From the NCBI GenBank assembly GCA_002305675.1, contig DBQA01000007.1:238653-302652 (forward strand): a stretch of 64,000 bases of DNA, given 5' to 3'. The position numbers and the translations under genes are program-made. Source of the DNA: Patescibacteria group bacterium UBA1406. Lineage in GTDB: Bacteria > Patescibacteriota > Microgenomatia > UBA1406. The notes beneath the pieces were generated by a model. The model was given only the letters and a program-made list of their open reading frames with translations. It ran no database searches and had not been told where the DNA came from. Numbering within the stretch: the stretch's first letter is position 1; every line of letters begins with the position of its first letter. Positions 9,072 to 17,343 of the stretch are shown here, piece by piece.

Positions 9072-10556
9072 CTACCCCCGCTCCTTGAGCGGCAGGCGGA
9101 AATAAAAGGTGGACCCTTTGTCCACCATGCTTTCCATCCAGATCTTGCCCTGATGCCTTTCGATAATCTCCTTGGTCACATACAAACCCAGACCCAGGCC
9201 TTCTGTCCACCCCTGATCCGACGGTACCCGGTAGAATTTTTCGAAGATGCTGCGTTGTTTCCTTTTGGGAATGCCGATCCCGAAATCAGTCACGCTGATT
9301 TCTACCGCACCGTTCTTACGGGATGCGCCGACAATGATCTTTTTGGAGTTCGGCGAGTACTTGACGGCGTTCGTCAACAGGTTCGTCAGCGCCTGTTCCA
9401 GCCTGCCTTTGTCACCCTTGATCTTCTGCCTGAGCTTGCCCTTATAGATGATCTGGTGTTTCGGATTGGCTACCTGGATGGTGTCGATACTTTCCTTGAC
9501 GAGTTCCTCCACACTGAATTCCTCATTTTTCAGTTCGAACCGGCCCATATCGATACTGGTCACATCCAAGAGGTCCGTGATCAGTTTATCCAGCTTGTCG
9601 GCGTGGAGATTGGCTCTGGAAATGAGTTCAAAGTTCCTGTCCCCGTGCTTTCTGCCACCCGCGCGGTTCAGGATCTGCAAGTAGCCTTTGATACTGGTAA
9701 GGGGTGTCTTCAGCTCGTGGGTGATCATGCTAATGAATTCGTCTTTGCGCCTCTCAAGCTGCTTCATCTCCCTGAGAAGCAGGCTGTAGGGTTGCGACAG
9801 GCCTATCTCCACGATCGCCTTGTACACGAGGTAATAAGAGAAGAATTTGGCAAAGTGGCCGAGCATATTGAAAAAATCATACACCCCAATGTAAAGGGTG
9901 AACATCATTTCCGAAACAATACCGATGAATATAGAGAGGGAAAGCAAAAAGAACACCCGGCCGTTGAACCGGTGCCGGTATCGCCTCAGGACAAGTAGGG
10001 ACACAAGCAGCAGAAGGATGATGATGTATTCGCTGACTATCTTGAAGGGCGTTTGCCCCACGCCTTCCACGTAGCTCGCAGGGAAATTCCGCCAGATGAA
10101 CATGGACAAGGCCAATAGGATACTTATGCCAAGATAGACCATAATGGTCAGCGATTCATTCAGTTTTTCCCGGAAAAATAAGGGAGCAGCCAGGAAAGAG
10201 CCGGCCAGAAGATACCGGCCGGCGATCCATAGCTGGGTTGGCAGATCGGAGTCAAAGCGTGGGAAAACCCCCATCCCCTTATAGGCCAGGGCGTGGAAAA
10301 AATCGATGATGCCCACGAAAACGAAGGCAATGCTCAAGAACAGGATATAGTCATTCTTCATGATCTTGCGGGCATTCCAGGTTATGGCAAACATGCTGAC
10401 GGCGACCATGGCGCTGAAGATCTCGACCGCGGAATGAAAAAGAAGATAGTTGGTGGCCTGGGAAATGACCAGCCCAGCAACCAGGAAAACAAAGGGAAGA
10501 TAGTTCAATAGACTCCTGTCCACCCCCTGCGGTAATGCAACTTTAAACCTTATCAC
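9072..10556 (-). CDS. sensor histidine kinase with a polytopic (MASE3-like) N-terminal membrane domain
   Basis: 494 aa with a GTG start. The H-box is FISMITHELKTPLTSI. The N, G1 and G2 boxes are NLLTNAVKYSP, DFGIGI and GLGLGL. The N-terminal ~250 aa contains about 7 TM helices with the segment LLFHSAVEIFS...IIDFFHALAYKGMGVF. Confidence 0.85.
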   Translation of the reverse strand: MIRFKVALPQGVDRSLLNYLPFVFLVAGLVISQATNYLLFHSAVEIFSAMVAVSMFAITWNARKIMKNDYILFLSIAFVFVGIIDFFHALAYKGMGVFPRFDSDLPTQLWIAGRYLLAGSFLAAPLFFREKLNESLTIMVYLGISILLALSMFIWRNFPASYVEGVGQTPFKIVSEYIIILLLLVSLLVLRRYRHRFNGRVFFLLSLSIFIGIVSEMMFTLYIGVYDFFNMLGHFAKFFSYYLVYKAIVEIGLSQPYSLLLREMKQLERRKDEFISMITHELKTPLTSIKGYLQILNRAGGRKHGDRNFELISRANLHADKLDKLITDLLDVTSIDMGRFELKNEEFSVEELVKESIDTIQVANPKHQIIYKGKLRQKIKGDKGRLEQALTNLLTNAVKYSPNSKKIIVGASRKNGAVEISVTDFGIGIPKRKQRSIFEKFYRVPSDQGWTEGLGLGLYVTKEIIERHQGKIWMESMVDKGSTFYFRLPLKERG

Positions 10557-10638
10557 CTAAGTGCCCTCATTCTACAATATTGCTTGGAAAAATATTGTTA
10601 TTTTTGACAACCATAAGAAAAGTATATAATGGAACTGT

Positions 10639-11325
10639 ATGGACGATACAGAGGTTCCCTTCAACAACCCCGCTCCGGAGAGGCCTGCGGCTGCGGGCAG
10701 CAAAAAACCCCTCGGTGCTTTGGCAACAGTCACGATCCTGTTCGCTGTTTCGACGGTCTCTTTTGTTTTGGGACGCCAATCTGTCTATATCCAAAATAAA
10801 AAACCACCCGTCGGCTACGAGACACCCACCCCCGGCGAGGAGAATAAGGTCGCCTGCACCATGGAGGCCAAGTTATGCCCTGACGGGACGGCGGTCGGCC
10901 GGGTACCCCCGAAATGCGAGTTCGAGCCCTGCCCCAACCCCACTCAGGTTATTTTGCGTAAAATAGATCCGATGTTGCAGCGGTCGCTGGACAATATGAA
11001 GGACACTGACAAGCTTGAGGTACTCGTCTATTTTGCCCCGAGTCCCGACCTGGAAAAGTACCCGACCGAGATCGGAGAGGATCCGGGCTTATGGGGTGCC
11101 CCGGACAGAAGAGCCGGTAGCAGCAATGATCCCAAGATCAGGGCCATTGTCGACTCGTTTCTGGCCAAGCTCTCGGCTGAAGGATATGTTGGCGAAGCAG
11201 ACTATACCATCCCCCTGGTCAAGGTGGTGCTTCCAAAAAGCATGGTCTTTCAAATAGCAGCCTGGCCCGAGGTGAACGCCATCGGCCAGGACCTGATAAT
11301 GCAGAACCTGAATACGGCCGATTAA
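10639..11325 (+). CDS. membrane-anchored extracytoplasmic protein with a 4-Cys module
   Basis: 228 aa with one N-terminal TM helix (LGALATVTILFAVSTVSFVLG), then CTMEAKLCPDGTAVGRVPPKCEFEPCP. The C-terminal domain looks like a protease-propeptide (I9) fold; that last point is a guess. Confidence 0.5.
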   Translation: MDDTEVPFNNPAPERPAAAGSKKPLGALATVTILFAVSTVSFVLGRQSVYIQNKKPPVGYETPTPGEENKVACTMEAKLCPDGTAVGRVPPKCEFEPCPNPTQVILRKIDPMLQRSLDNMKDTDKLEVLVYFAPSPDLEKYPTEIGEDPGLWGAPDRRAGSSNDPKIRAIVDSFLAKLSAEGYVGEADYTIPLVKVVLPKSMVFQIAAWPEVNAIGQDLIMQNLNTAD

Positions 11326-11948
11326 CCTAGTCTGGTTATTAAGCCGGGCAGGTCAGTAAACTCCCCCGCTCCGGCGGTACCGGCACCGGCGCGGTTTGAG
11401 TAATAGATGAAGTGCATTCCAGCCGCTTCTGCCGCCTGCCTGTCCGATTCCGCATCCCCGATATAAACCGCCTCAGCAGGCTTTACTTTCAGCTTTTCGG
11501 TCGCCAATAAAAGCGGTTCCGGATGGGGTTTGTGACGGGTGGTATCCTCGAAATATACGGCCGTTTCAAAACAGTCTTTCAGCTCTTTCAGCTGCGGATA
11601 CCCAAACAGATATCCCTTGATCCGGCTGGTGACGATGCCCAGTCTGTATTGTTTGCTCAATGCCAGAACGGTTTCGGCCATTCCTGCGGGCGTCCCGATC
11701 GAATCGTAGCGGTAGATCACCCGGTGGCTTTTCCCCATCTCAAAGATCCTCTGCACCTCTTCTTCGGATGCGTTCCCGGCCAAGGCCCGGATGACCCCGA
11801 TCATCGGGGAAAAGAACAGGGGGGTGTATTCTTCCCTGGTCGGCTCTTTATACCCGGCCATCGGCATCAGCTCCCGGAAAAAGTTGAAATTGGCCTCGAA
11901 AGAGTCCAGAAGCACCCCGTCCACATCGAAAATCACCGCTTTGATCAT
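11322..11948 (-). CDS. HAD-superfamily hydrolase (phosphatase)
   Basis: HAD motif I is FDVDGVLLDS, motif II is LGIVTSR and motif IV is YIGDAESD. TATAAT (complement of 11955-11960) lies 6 nt upstream of the ATG. Confidence 0.8.
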   Translation of the reverse strand: MIKAVIFDVDGVLLDSFEANFNFFRELMPMAGYKEPTREEYTPLFFSPMIGVIRALAGNASEEEVQRIFEMGKSHRVIYRYDSIGTPAGMAETVLALSKQYRLGIVTSRIKGYLFGYPQLKELKDCFETAVYFEDTTRHKPHPEPLLLATEKLKVKPAEAVYIGDAESDRQAAEAAGMHFIYYSNRAGAGTAGAGEFTDLPGLITRLG

Positions 11949-12001
11949 TGAAGCATTATAGCAATCTTTCCACTACATAAACAGAATGAGGAAAAACGAA
12001 T

Positions 12002-12377
12002 TGGTGGAGATGCCCGGAGTTGAACCGGGGTGCACGAAAGTCGACCTTAAAGATTTTGTAGCAAGCTTATCCGCCAAAAAGACGGAAGGCGAGGCCATTT
12101 ATTGATTCTTCAGCCTTCAGTAGACCTCTTCCCTGGCTGATATAGCCGAAGGTTTTCGCCAAGCAAAAGTTATCGGCGTCCCTTTTGTTGACGTCCCGTA
12201 AAACGGGAGGAAACAGTTATCGTTTATGCATAAGCATAAGCGAATTGCTTATTGGAGAAATATTCTCTATAAGCGGCTGCTTCTTGTGCATCTTCATCTG
12301 CACTTGTTTTCTGTTTGACGCATCAGGCGCGACCTGCAATCTTTAAAGCTCGTTTCGTGGCAAGGCCCGTCATCCCC
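12002..12377 (-). ncRNA. ssrA: tmRNA (SsrA)
   Basis: The minus-strand RNA starts GGGGATGACGGGCCTTGCCACGAAACG and ends CCCGGTTCAACTCCGGGCATCTCCACCA. The acceptor stem GGGGATG/CATCTCC has a G3-U70 pair, the T-arm is intact and CCA is encoded. It starts 12 nt downstream of smpB. An internal ORF GCA GAT GAA ... GCT TAT GCA TAA gives the candidate tag ADEDAQEAAAYREYFSNKQFAYAYA. Confidence 0.85.
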
Positions 12378-12389
12378 AATATGTTTTTT

Positions 12390-12839
12390 TTACTTTTTAA
12401 GGTACTCCTTGGCCATTTCGCGGTCTTTGCGCTTAAGCTCCCGCTCCTTTTCCACGGATTTTATCTCGTGGCTTTTGCGGCCGCGGGCCAGGGCGATCTG
12501 GCATTTTATTAGACTCCTGGTAGTATAGCATTTCAGAGGAATGATTGTCAAACCGGGCCGTTCTTTAATTTTGCCCTGCAGTTTGTCAATCTCAGCCCGC
12601 TTCAGAAGGAGCTTGCGGGAACGGGTGGGGTCGTAGTCTTCCAGATTGGCAAACCGGTACTGTGGGATATCGGCATTGACCAGAAAAAGTTCACCGCCAA
12701 TTAATTTCACGTAACTCCCGCGGAAATTCAGGCGGCCGTTTTTCACACTCTTCACCTCCGGACCAGTCAGCTTGATGCCGGCATCGTATCTGTCTATGAT
12801 GGAATACTCCCTCAGAGCCTGTTTATTGACGATTTCCAT
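12390..12839 (-). CDS. smpB: SsrA-binding protein
   Basis: 149 aa. The segments YEAGIxLxGxEVKS (here YDAGIKLTGPEVKS) and the basic C-terminal tail are typical of SmpB. It lies directly upstream of the tmRNA. Confidence 0.9.
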   Translation of the reverse strand: MEIVNKQALREYSIIDRYDAGIKLTGPEVKSVKNGRLNFRGSYVKLIGGELFLVNADIPQYRFANLEDYDPTRSRKLLLKRAEIDKLQGKIKERPGLTIIPLKCYTTRSLIKCQIALARGRKSHEIKSVEKERELKRKDREMAKEYLKK

Positions 12840-12902
12840 ACAGATATTCTACCACTCAGGTGTCGGTTCCCAAAGCTACGGGAATATATATACCCTATAG
12901 TA

Positions 12903-12931
12903 TTGATTTAGCCGTATCCTTGGAGTATAAT
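12903..12931 (+). promoter_or_regulatory. sigma70-type promoter TTGATT-N17-TATAAT
   Basis: -35 at 12903-12908 and -10 at 12926-12931. It is followed by the Shine-Dalgarno AGGAGG (12961-12966), 7 nt before the ATG at 12974. Confidence 0.55.
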
Positions 12932-12973
12932 TTCCCCAAGCAGACAATCCATCCTATGAAAGGAGGTGTGATC

Positions 12974-13408
12974 ATGAGTCTGCGGGATATCATCGGAAAG
13001 GTTGAACTGGACCATCCTGCCTATCCAGTACAACCCGGAAAACTTGACGCCGTCGTAGATCTGTTCACCCAAGAGCTGGGCTGGACAGAGCTCACTGGTG
13101 ACAAGGTGGCAGGCGAGTGGGGAACGGCTCGTTTCTTGCGTCCCACCGGCGGTCGGAACGTTCGCATCCAGCTGACCGAGGAAGTGGATTTCCTCTGGTC
13201 AAAGGTGCATCCGATGCCGGTGGTGCATCTCGGGTTGGCCGTGCGGCACGCCAAGACCGCGGCCGAGGCCCTGGTGGCTTGGGCGAAGGCCCAAGGCTAC
13301 CACCCTGAGATAGAGCAAGCAGATGCCAAGGGCTACAAATGGTTCGTCGACATACCGGACCTGATAGCCTTTCGGATCGAGTTCGTCTCGGTCGGCAATC
13401 TGTCGTGA
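12974..13408 (+). CDS. VOC (glyoxalase/bleomycin-resistance/dioxygenase) family protein
   Basis: 144 aa from the SD-preceded ATG. Size and beta-alpha-beta-beta-beta-like segments fit the family. GC is about 64% over 13081-13320 by my hand count. Confidence 0.55.
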   Translation: MSLRDIIGKVELDHPAYPVQPGKLDAVVDLFTQELGWTELTGDKVAGEWGTARFLRPTGGRNVRIQLTEEVDFLWSKVHPMPVVHLGLAVRHAKTAAEALVAWAKAQGYHPEIEQADAKGYKWFVDIPDLIAFRIEFVSVGNLS

Positions 13409-13420
13409 CCCCCATAGTAG

Positions 13421-13453
13421 GGGCGGCTGTGCACAACGGCTGCCCGTTTTCTT
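13421..13453 (+). terminator. intrinsic terminator
   Basis: GGGCGGCTG-tgcacaa-CGGCTGCCC forms a 9-bp stem with two G-U pairs. It is followed by GTTTTCTT. Confidence 0.6.
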
Positions 13454-13512
13454 ACTAATCTCCCCTACTTGAAAACCTGCTACAATGCTTTTAGGAAGGG
13501 GGTGCAAACATA

Positions 13513-13752
13513 ATGGACCCCGGATGCGAAAGCTGCGGGAGAAAACTGGAAGCTCGCCTAACCTCTGACTTCGACAAACACTATTGTATTTATTGCCAAA
13601 ATCAGCAGACCTACGAGCTCCTCCCATTTGAGAAAGTCCGCTATAAAAGGATCAAGGACCTGGTTGACGAAGAAGGGATGCTCCTCGAAGAAGCCCAGAA
13701 AGTGGTGGAGGAAATGCTCTCGGGTCTGCCCCGTTGGCAGAAAAAACCATAG
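13513..13752 (+). CDS. zinc-ribbon domain protein
   Basis: 79 aa with a CESCG...YCIYC four-Cys ribbon and a C-terminal LPRWQKK tail. This resembles the 'putative zinc ribbon' small-protein family. The SD GGAAGGGGG lies upstream. Confidence 0.5.
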   Translation: MDPGCESCGRKLEARLTSDFDKHYCIYCQNQQTYELLPFEKVRYKRIKDLVDEEGMLLEEAQKVVEEMLSGLPRWQKKP

Positions 13753-13767
13753 TTGTATAATTCACTT

Positions 13768-14109
13768 ATGCACTACGATGACCTGATCCTGACCAACCAC
13801 GCCCGGGAGCGTCTGGAGGCCCGCTCCTTCTCCGTGGAAAAAGTTTGGGATACCGTCCATCGGCCGGACAAAACCCGGCCCGGCAAAAAAAACGGCACGA
13901 CCGAGTTCGTCCGGAGGTTCGGGAAGTCCGTCGTCACGGTCATCGCCACCCGTAATGAAAAGTTGGAATGGGTGATCCTGTCCTGCTGGATCGACCCCCC
14001 TCTTCCCGGAACGGAGGACGAGCGCAAAAGGAACGCCTACCGCGCATATCACCGGGCCTCGTTCTGGGGAAAAATCCGGTTGATTATCAAGGAGCAGTTT
14101 GGTTTATAA
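13768..14109 (+). CDS. DUF4258-like protein (barnase/RelE-like toxin fold family)
   Basis: The segment LTNHARERLEARSFSVEKVWDTV...GKSVVTVIATRNEKLEWVILSCW matches the DUF4258 pattern as I recall it. TATAAT (13755-13760) lies 7 nt upstream of this ATG. Confidence 0.45.
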   Translation: MHYDDLILTNHARERLEARSFSVEKVWDTVHRPDKTRPGKKNGTTEFVRRFGKSVVTVIATRNEKLEWVILSCWIDPPLPGTEDERKRNAYRAYHRASFWGKIRLIIKEQFGL

Positions 14110-14140
14110 TACCCTATTGACTTCAAAACCGATGGGCTTC

Positions 14141-15130
14141 ATGAAAAAGTCTTCGTTCTATCTTGCGTTGCTGGTGCTCGTTCTGGGGATAGGATTTTAT
14201 TTGGGTACCCTTTATGACGGAACGCTCGTTAGCCGAAGCCAGGACAACGGCAACCACGAGATCAGGGAAGGAGGCTATAAATTCATCAACCCGCTCCTCG
14301 AATGTGAGACCAACCAGGACAGCGGCCTCATCAACCTCTTGTCCCTGAAAAAAAGAGTCGAAGGCATAGTATCGGCCGCGGACAACCGGGGGGCAGTCAA
14401 CGAAGTGGCCGTTTACTTCCGCGACCTGAACAACGGGCCATGGTTCGGCATCAACGAGAAGGAGAAGTTCTCCCCCTCCAGCATGCTCAAAGTTCCCCTC
14501 ATGATCAGCTTTTATAAGGACAGCGAAAAGAACCCGCAGATCTTGAAAAAGACGGTCAAGACAGGCCAGATATTGTACCGGCAAGACCAGTTCTTCCCGC
14601 CCGAAAAAGGTATAGCACCAAATGAGGTCTATTCCATCGACGAGCTTATCAACTACATGATCCAGGAGTCCGACAACGATGCCAAGGAACTCCTGCATCT
14701 CTACAAGGATATGGACACCTATCTGGAGGTTTTCTCCAATCTCGGCATAGAGTTGCCGGCAGATACCAACGAGGAGAACTTCATGGACATTCAGTCGTAC
14801 GCCAGCTTCTTCCGCATCCTTTACAACGCCTCCTACCTGAACCGGGAGATGTCCATCAAGGCGCTCGAGAACCTCAGCAAAACCCGTTTCAATATCGGAC
14901 TGGTGGCCGGAGTGCCCAAGGGTACGCTTGTAGCCCACAAGTTCGGGGAAAGGGGCAACCTGGCAAGCGGAGATTTTCAGCTGCATGACTGCGGCATCAT
15001 TTACCATCCCCAAAAGCCGTACCTCCTGTGCCTGATGACAAGGGGCCGTGATTTCGGACAACTGTCCGGCGTTATCAGCGACATCTCCGCCGCCGTCTAC
15101 AAATACATTTCCTCCCCAATAACACCTTAA
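14141..15130 (+). CDS. serine hydrolase, class A beta-lactamase-like fold
   Basis: It has an N-terminal signal-anchor, an SxxK motif (SSMLK), an SDN motif (ESDNDA) and a KTG-like HKFG. The start is ambiguous (14117 TTG, 14132 or 14141). Confidence 0.6.
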   Translation: MKKSSFYLALLVLVLGIGFYLGTLYDGTLVSRSQDNGNHEIREGGYKFINPLLECETNQDSGLINLLSLKKRVEGIVSAADNRGAVNEVAVYFRDLNNGPWFGINEKEKFSPSSMLKVPLMISFYKDSEKNPQILKKTVKTGQILYRQDQFFPPEKGIAPNEVYSIDELINYMIQESDNDAKELLHLYKDMDTYLEVFSNLGIELPADTNEENFMDIQSYASFFRILYNASYLNREMSIKALENLSKTRFNIGLVAGVPKGTLVAHKFGERGNLASGDFQLHDCGIIYHPQKPYLLCLMTRGRDFGQLSGVISDISAAVYKYISSPITP

Positions 15131-15159
15131 AGAATCCCTGAAACGGCTATAATTCCTTT

Positions 15160-16584
15160 ATGGGTCCAGAGGTGATCGTCATTGCGGTCCTGGTTTTATC
15201 ACGCCTGTTATATCTTGCCTCCTATCCCCATTTTTACGACTCGGTGGAGTACCTGCGCGAAGCCGCCTCGGCCGATTACTGGGCTTCCCTCGGCCGGTCG
15301 CATGAATCCGTCCACCCGGTTTATCTCTGGCTGGTCCAGTTAACCCACCGCCTCCAGCTGCCCCCGAGCTTGGCTTCCGCGTTGGCGGGAATAATAGGAG
15401 TATTGGTCTTTTACGTTCTGGTCAAAGAAATGTTCGGGCGCCGCTCAGCGCATCTTTCCATTCTGCCCCTCGTTCTTTTCCCCCATCTGTGGTTGCTACA
15501 CACCCATATTATGCACGAGGCGGTGGATCATGCGTTCTTCCTGACCGGACTGTTGTTTTTCTGTCTGTTCCTGAAAACAAACCGGGTCGCTCCTCTGCTG
15601 GCAGCCGTTCTCAACCTGTCGCTGGCCCTCTTTAACTTTACCGGTATGCTGGTATGGTTCCCGGCCGTGTTCGGGGTCGCCATCCTGTCACCGGGAAACC
15701 AGCCTTTGAACAAACGGCTGGGGTGGGCGGCGCTGGCTGTCATGGCCGCTATGCTTTTGGCCGGTAGCTTATTGCTTGGCTTTCTGGCCCGGATACATCC
15801 TGATCCAGTATCGAGATTACAGACGCTTGTCCTGGGTTATGGCGCCGGCCGCCTGTTCGGCTCCTGGTCTGCCCTCGATATATTGAGAACTGCCCGTAAC
15901 GCCCTCCTGATCATGTTCAACGGTTACAGTCCACTGGCTTTGGTAGTAGCCGGTGCCACCTTATACCGACTGGCCAAGGCCAAAAGAACGGCCCGGCTGT
16001 TATTTTTTCTTTCCTTCCTTATCCCCTTTTTCCTGACGGCAAAGTTCTGGTATGGGGGCCTGATGGGCCGGTACGGTTCACTGGTGGCGTATCCCGTTGC
16101 CCTGATGTTCGCCCTGGTCCCATCCCGGAAAGCATACGCATTCCTGACTGCCGGCCTTATCCTGTTCCTTTTGCCTACCCTCCGCTCTTACATCGGCACG
16201 CCCGTTCCCAGGATCCAGGCAGAGCTTATCACAAAGGTGCGGCAGCCCGGGTCCGTCCTGGTCATTTCAGACTACCAAAGGCCTCAGCTCGAATTTGAGG
16301 GGGTGACGGATGGCAAAACCCTGATCGTGACTGACAGCGACCTTCTCAACCACCGGGTCAAACAAAAAATAGAAAGGTCCCTGCAAAATGGGGAGAAAGT
16401 GTACCTGACCGAACAGGCGGTAAATTTCCCCTACTACCAGTATGACGGACAGCAGTTGCATATCCTTTCCAAGGGAGATAAAACCAGGGCCAAGCTCTAC
16501 CCATACCTGTCGGACAAGCAACTGAAATTGGTGGGAAAAGATGACGGTCTATCCGGATTACCCGTTTATGCTATATTAAAATAA
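15160..16584 (+). CDS. polytopic membrane protein, GT-C-type glycosyltransferase-like (GT39/83-like)
   Basis: 474 aa with about 10 or more TM helices. The first loop has YDSVEY, resembling the DExxY-type loop of PMT/ArnT-like enzymes. TATAAT (15148-15153) lies 6 nt upstream of the ATG. Confidence 0.5.
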   Translation: MGPEVIVIAVLVLSRLLYLASYPHFYDSVEYLREAASADYWASLGRSHESVHPVYLWLVQLTHRLQLPPSLASALAGIIGVLVFYVLVKEMFGRRSAHLSILPLVLFPHLWLLHTHIMHEAVDHAFFLTGLLFFCLFLKTNRVAPLLAAVLNLSLALFNFTGMLVWFPAVFGVAILSPGNQPLNKRLGWAALAVMAAMLLAGSLLLGFLARIHPDPVSRLQTLVLGYGAGRLFGSWSALDILRTARNALLIMFNGYSPLALVVAGATLYRLAKAKRTARLLFFLSFLIPFFLTAKFWYGGLMGRYGSLVAYPVALMFALVPSRKAYAFLTAGLILFLLPTLRSYIGTPVPRIQAELITKVRQPGSVLVISDYQRPQLEFEGVTDGKTLIVTDSDLLNHRVKQKIERSLQNGEKVYLTEQAVNFPYYQYDGQQLHILSKGDKTRAKLYPYLSDKQLKLVGKDDGLSGLPVYAILK

Positions 16585-16595
16585 ATCGTGACCAT

Positions 16596-17339
16596 ATGTT
16601 TAGCAGACGCTCCTATTTAATTATCTTTATCCTGACTTTCGCCTTTATCGTTCTTGTCACTTATCTGGCCAACCACAGGCTGACTTTCCGCTCCCGGGCC
16701 GGTATCGACTGCGGGCCCTATGGCACCTGGACAGGCAGCTTCTGCGACTACCGGCACACAACCGACGAGAACGATCCCAACGCCCCTGTTCTTAATCCCA
16801 ACTATCTGGACACGTATCAGGATTGCTGGGACAAGTGCATGAAAGTTGACGTTACCGAATACAATGCCTGCCATTACGGAAACAGTCTCGTTAGCGTCCG
16901 CCGTGACTTATGGAGCGACACGTCGCCTTTGGGCTGCAGCTTTGTCTGCAACTGGGCCTGCGGCACGGGCGAACCCATAAAAATCGCTAACCCTAACCGC
17001 CCCTCCCCAACCGACATCCCTCAACCGACCATCCCTCCGACCACTTCCATTCCGTTGTATACTCCCACCCCTGCTCCCCTTTATCACGAGATCCGTCGGG
17101 AAAACGGTCCACCGACTCCGACTAATGCGCCCCAGACGGAAACCTATCCTTCCCAGTATCTCCAATTGGACAGAGACGCGCCTGCCAGGCAACCGGAATC
17201 AGAAAATTCCGGCGGCCCATCTCCCTCGCTCATAGACCGAAGCTATCAGCATCTCAGATATTGGTCCAGGATGACCGCCAAAAAAATCGAGTTTGCCCTC
17301 CGTAATACCTGGTACTCTTTATCAAGAATCGGCCGCTGA
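16596..17339 (+). CDS. membrane-anchored Cys-rich / Pro-rich protein, unknown function
   Basis: 247 aa. An N-terminal TM helix is followed by a 10-Cys region, then the Pro/Thr linker PSPTDIPQPTIPPTTSIPLYTPTPAP. Confidence 0.45.
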   Translation: MFSRRSYLIIFILTFAFIVLVTYLANHRLTFRSRAGIDCGPYGTWTGSFCDYRHTTDENDPNAPVLNPNYLDTYQDCWDKCMKVDVTEYNACHYGNSLVSVRRDLWSDTSPLGCSFVCNWACGTGEPIKIANPNRPSPTDIPQPTIPPTTSIPLYTPTPAPLYHEIRRENGPPTPTNAPQTETYPSQYLQLDRDAPARQPESENSGGPSPSLIDRSYQHLRYWSRMTAKKIEFALRNTWYSLSRIGR

Positions 17340-17343
17340 CCTA

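Noticed and set aside
12860-12973. An N-terminal extension of the VOC-family ORF (ORF-track start 12860).
   Set aside because: This stretch contains the TTGATT-N17-TATAAT promoter and the AGGAGG ribosome-binding site that serve the ATG at 12974.
11949-13512. Integrated mobile element at the tmRNA locus, or at tRNA-Ser (26184-26270).
   Set aside because: There is no integrase, recombinase, transposase or phage-like ORF in the window. I did not see a second copy of the tmRNA or tRNA 3' end that would mark an att site. The GC-rich VOC cassette is kept as a low-interest finding only.
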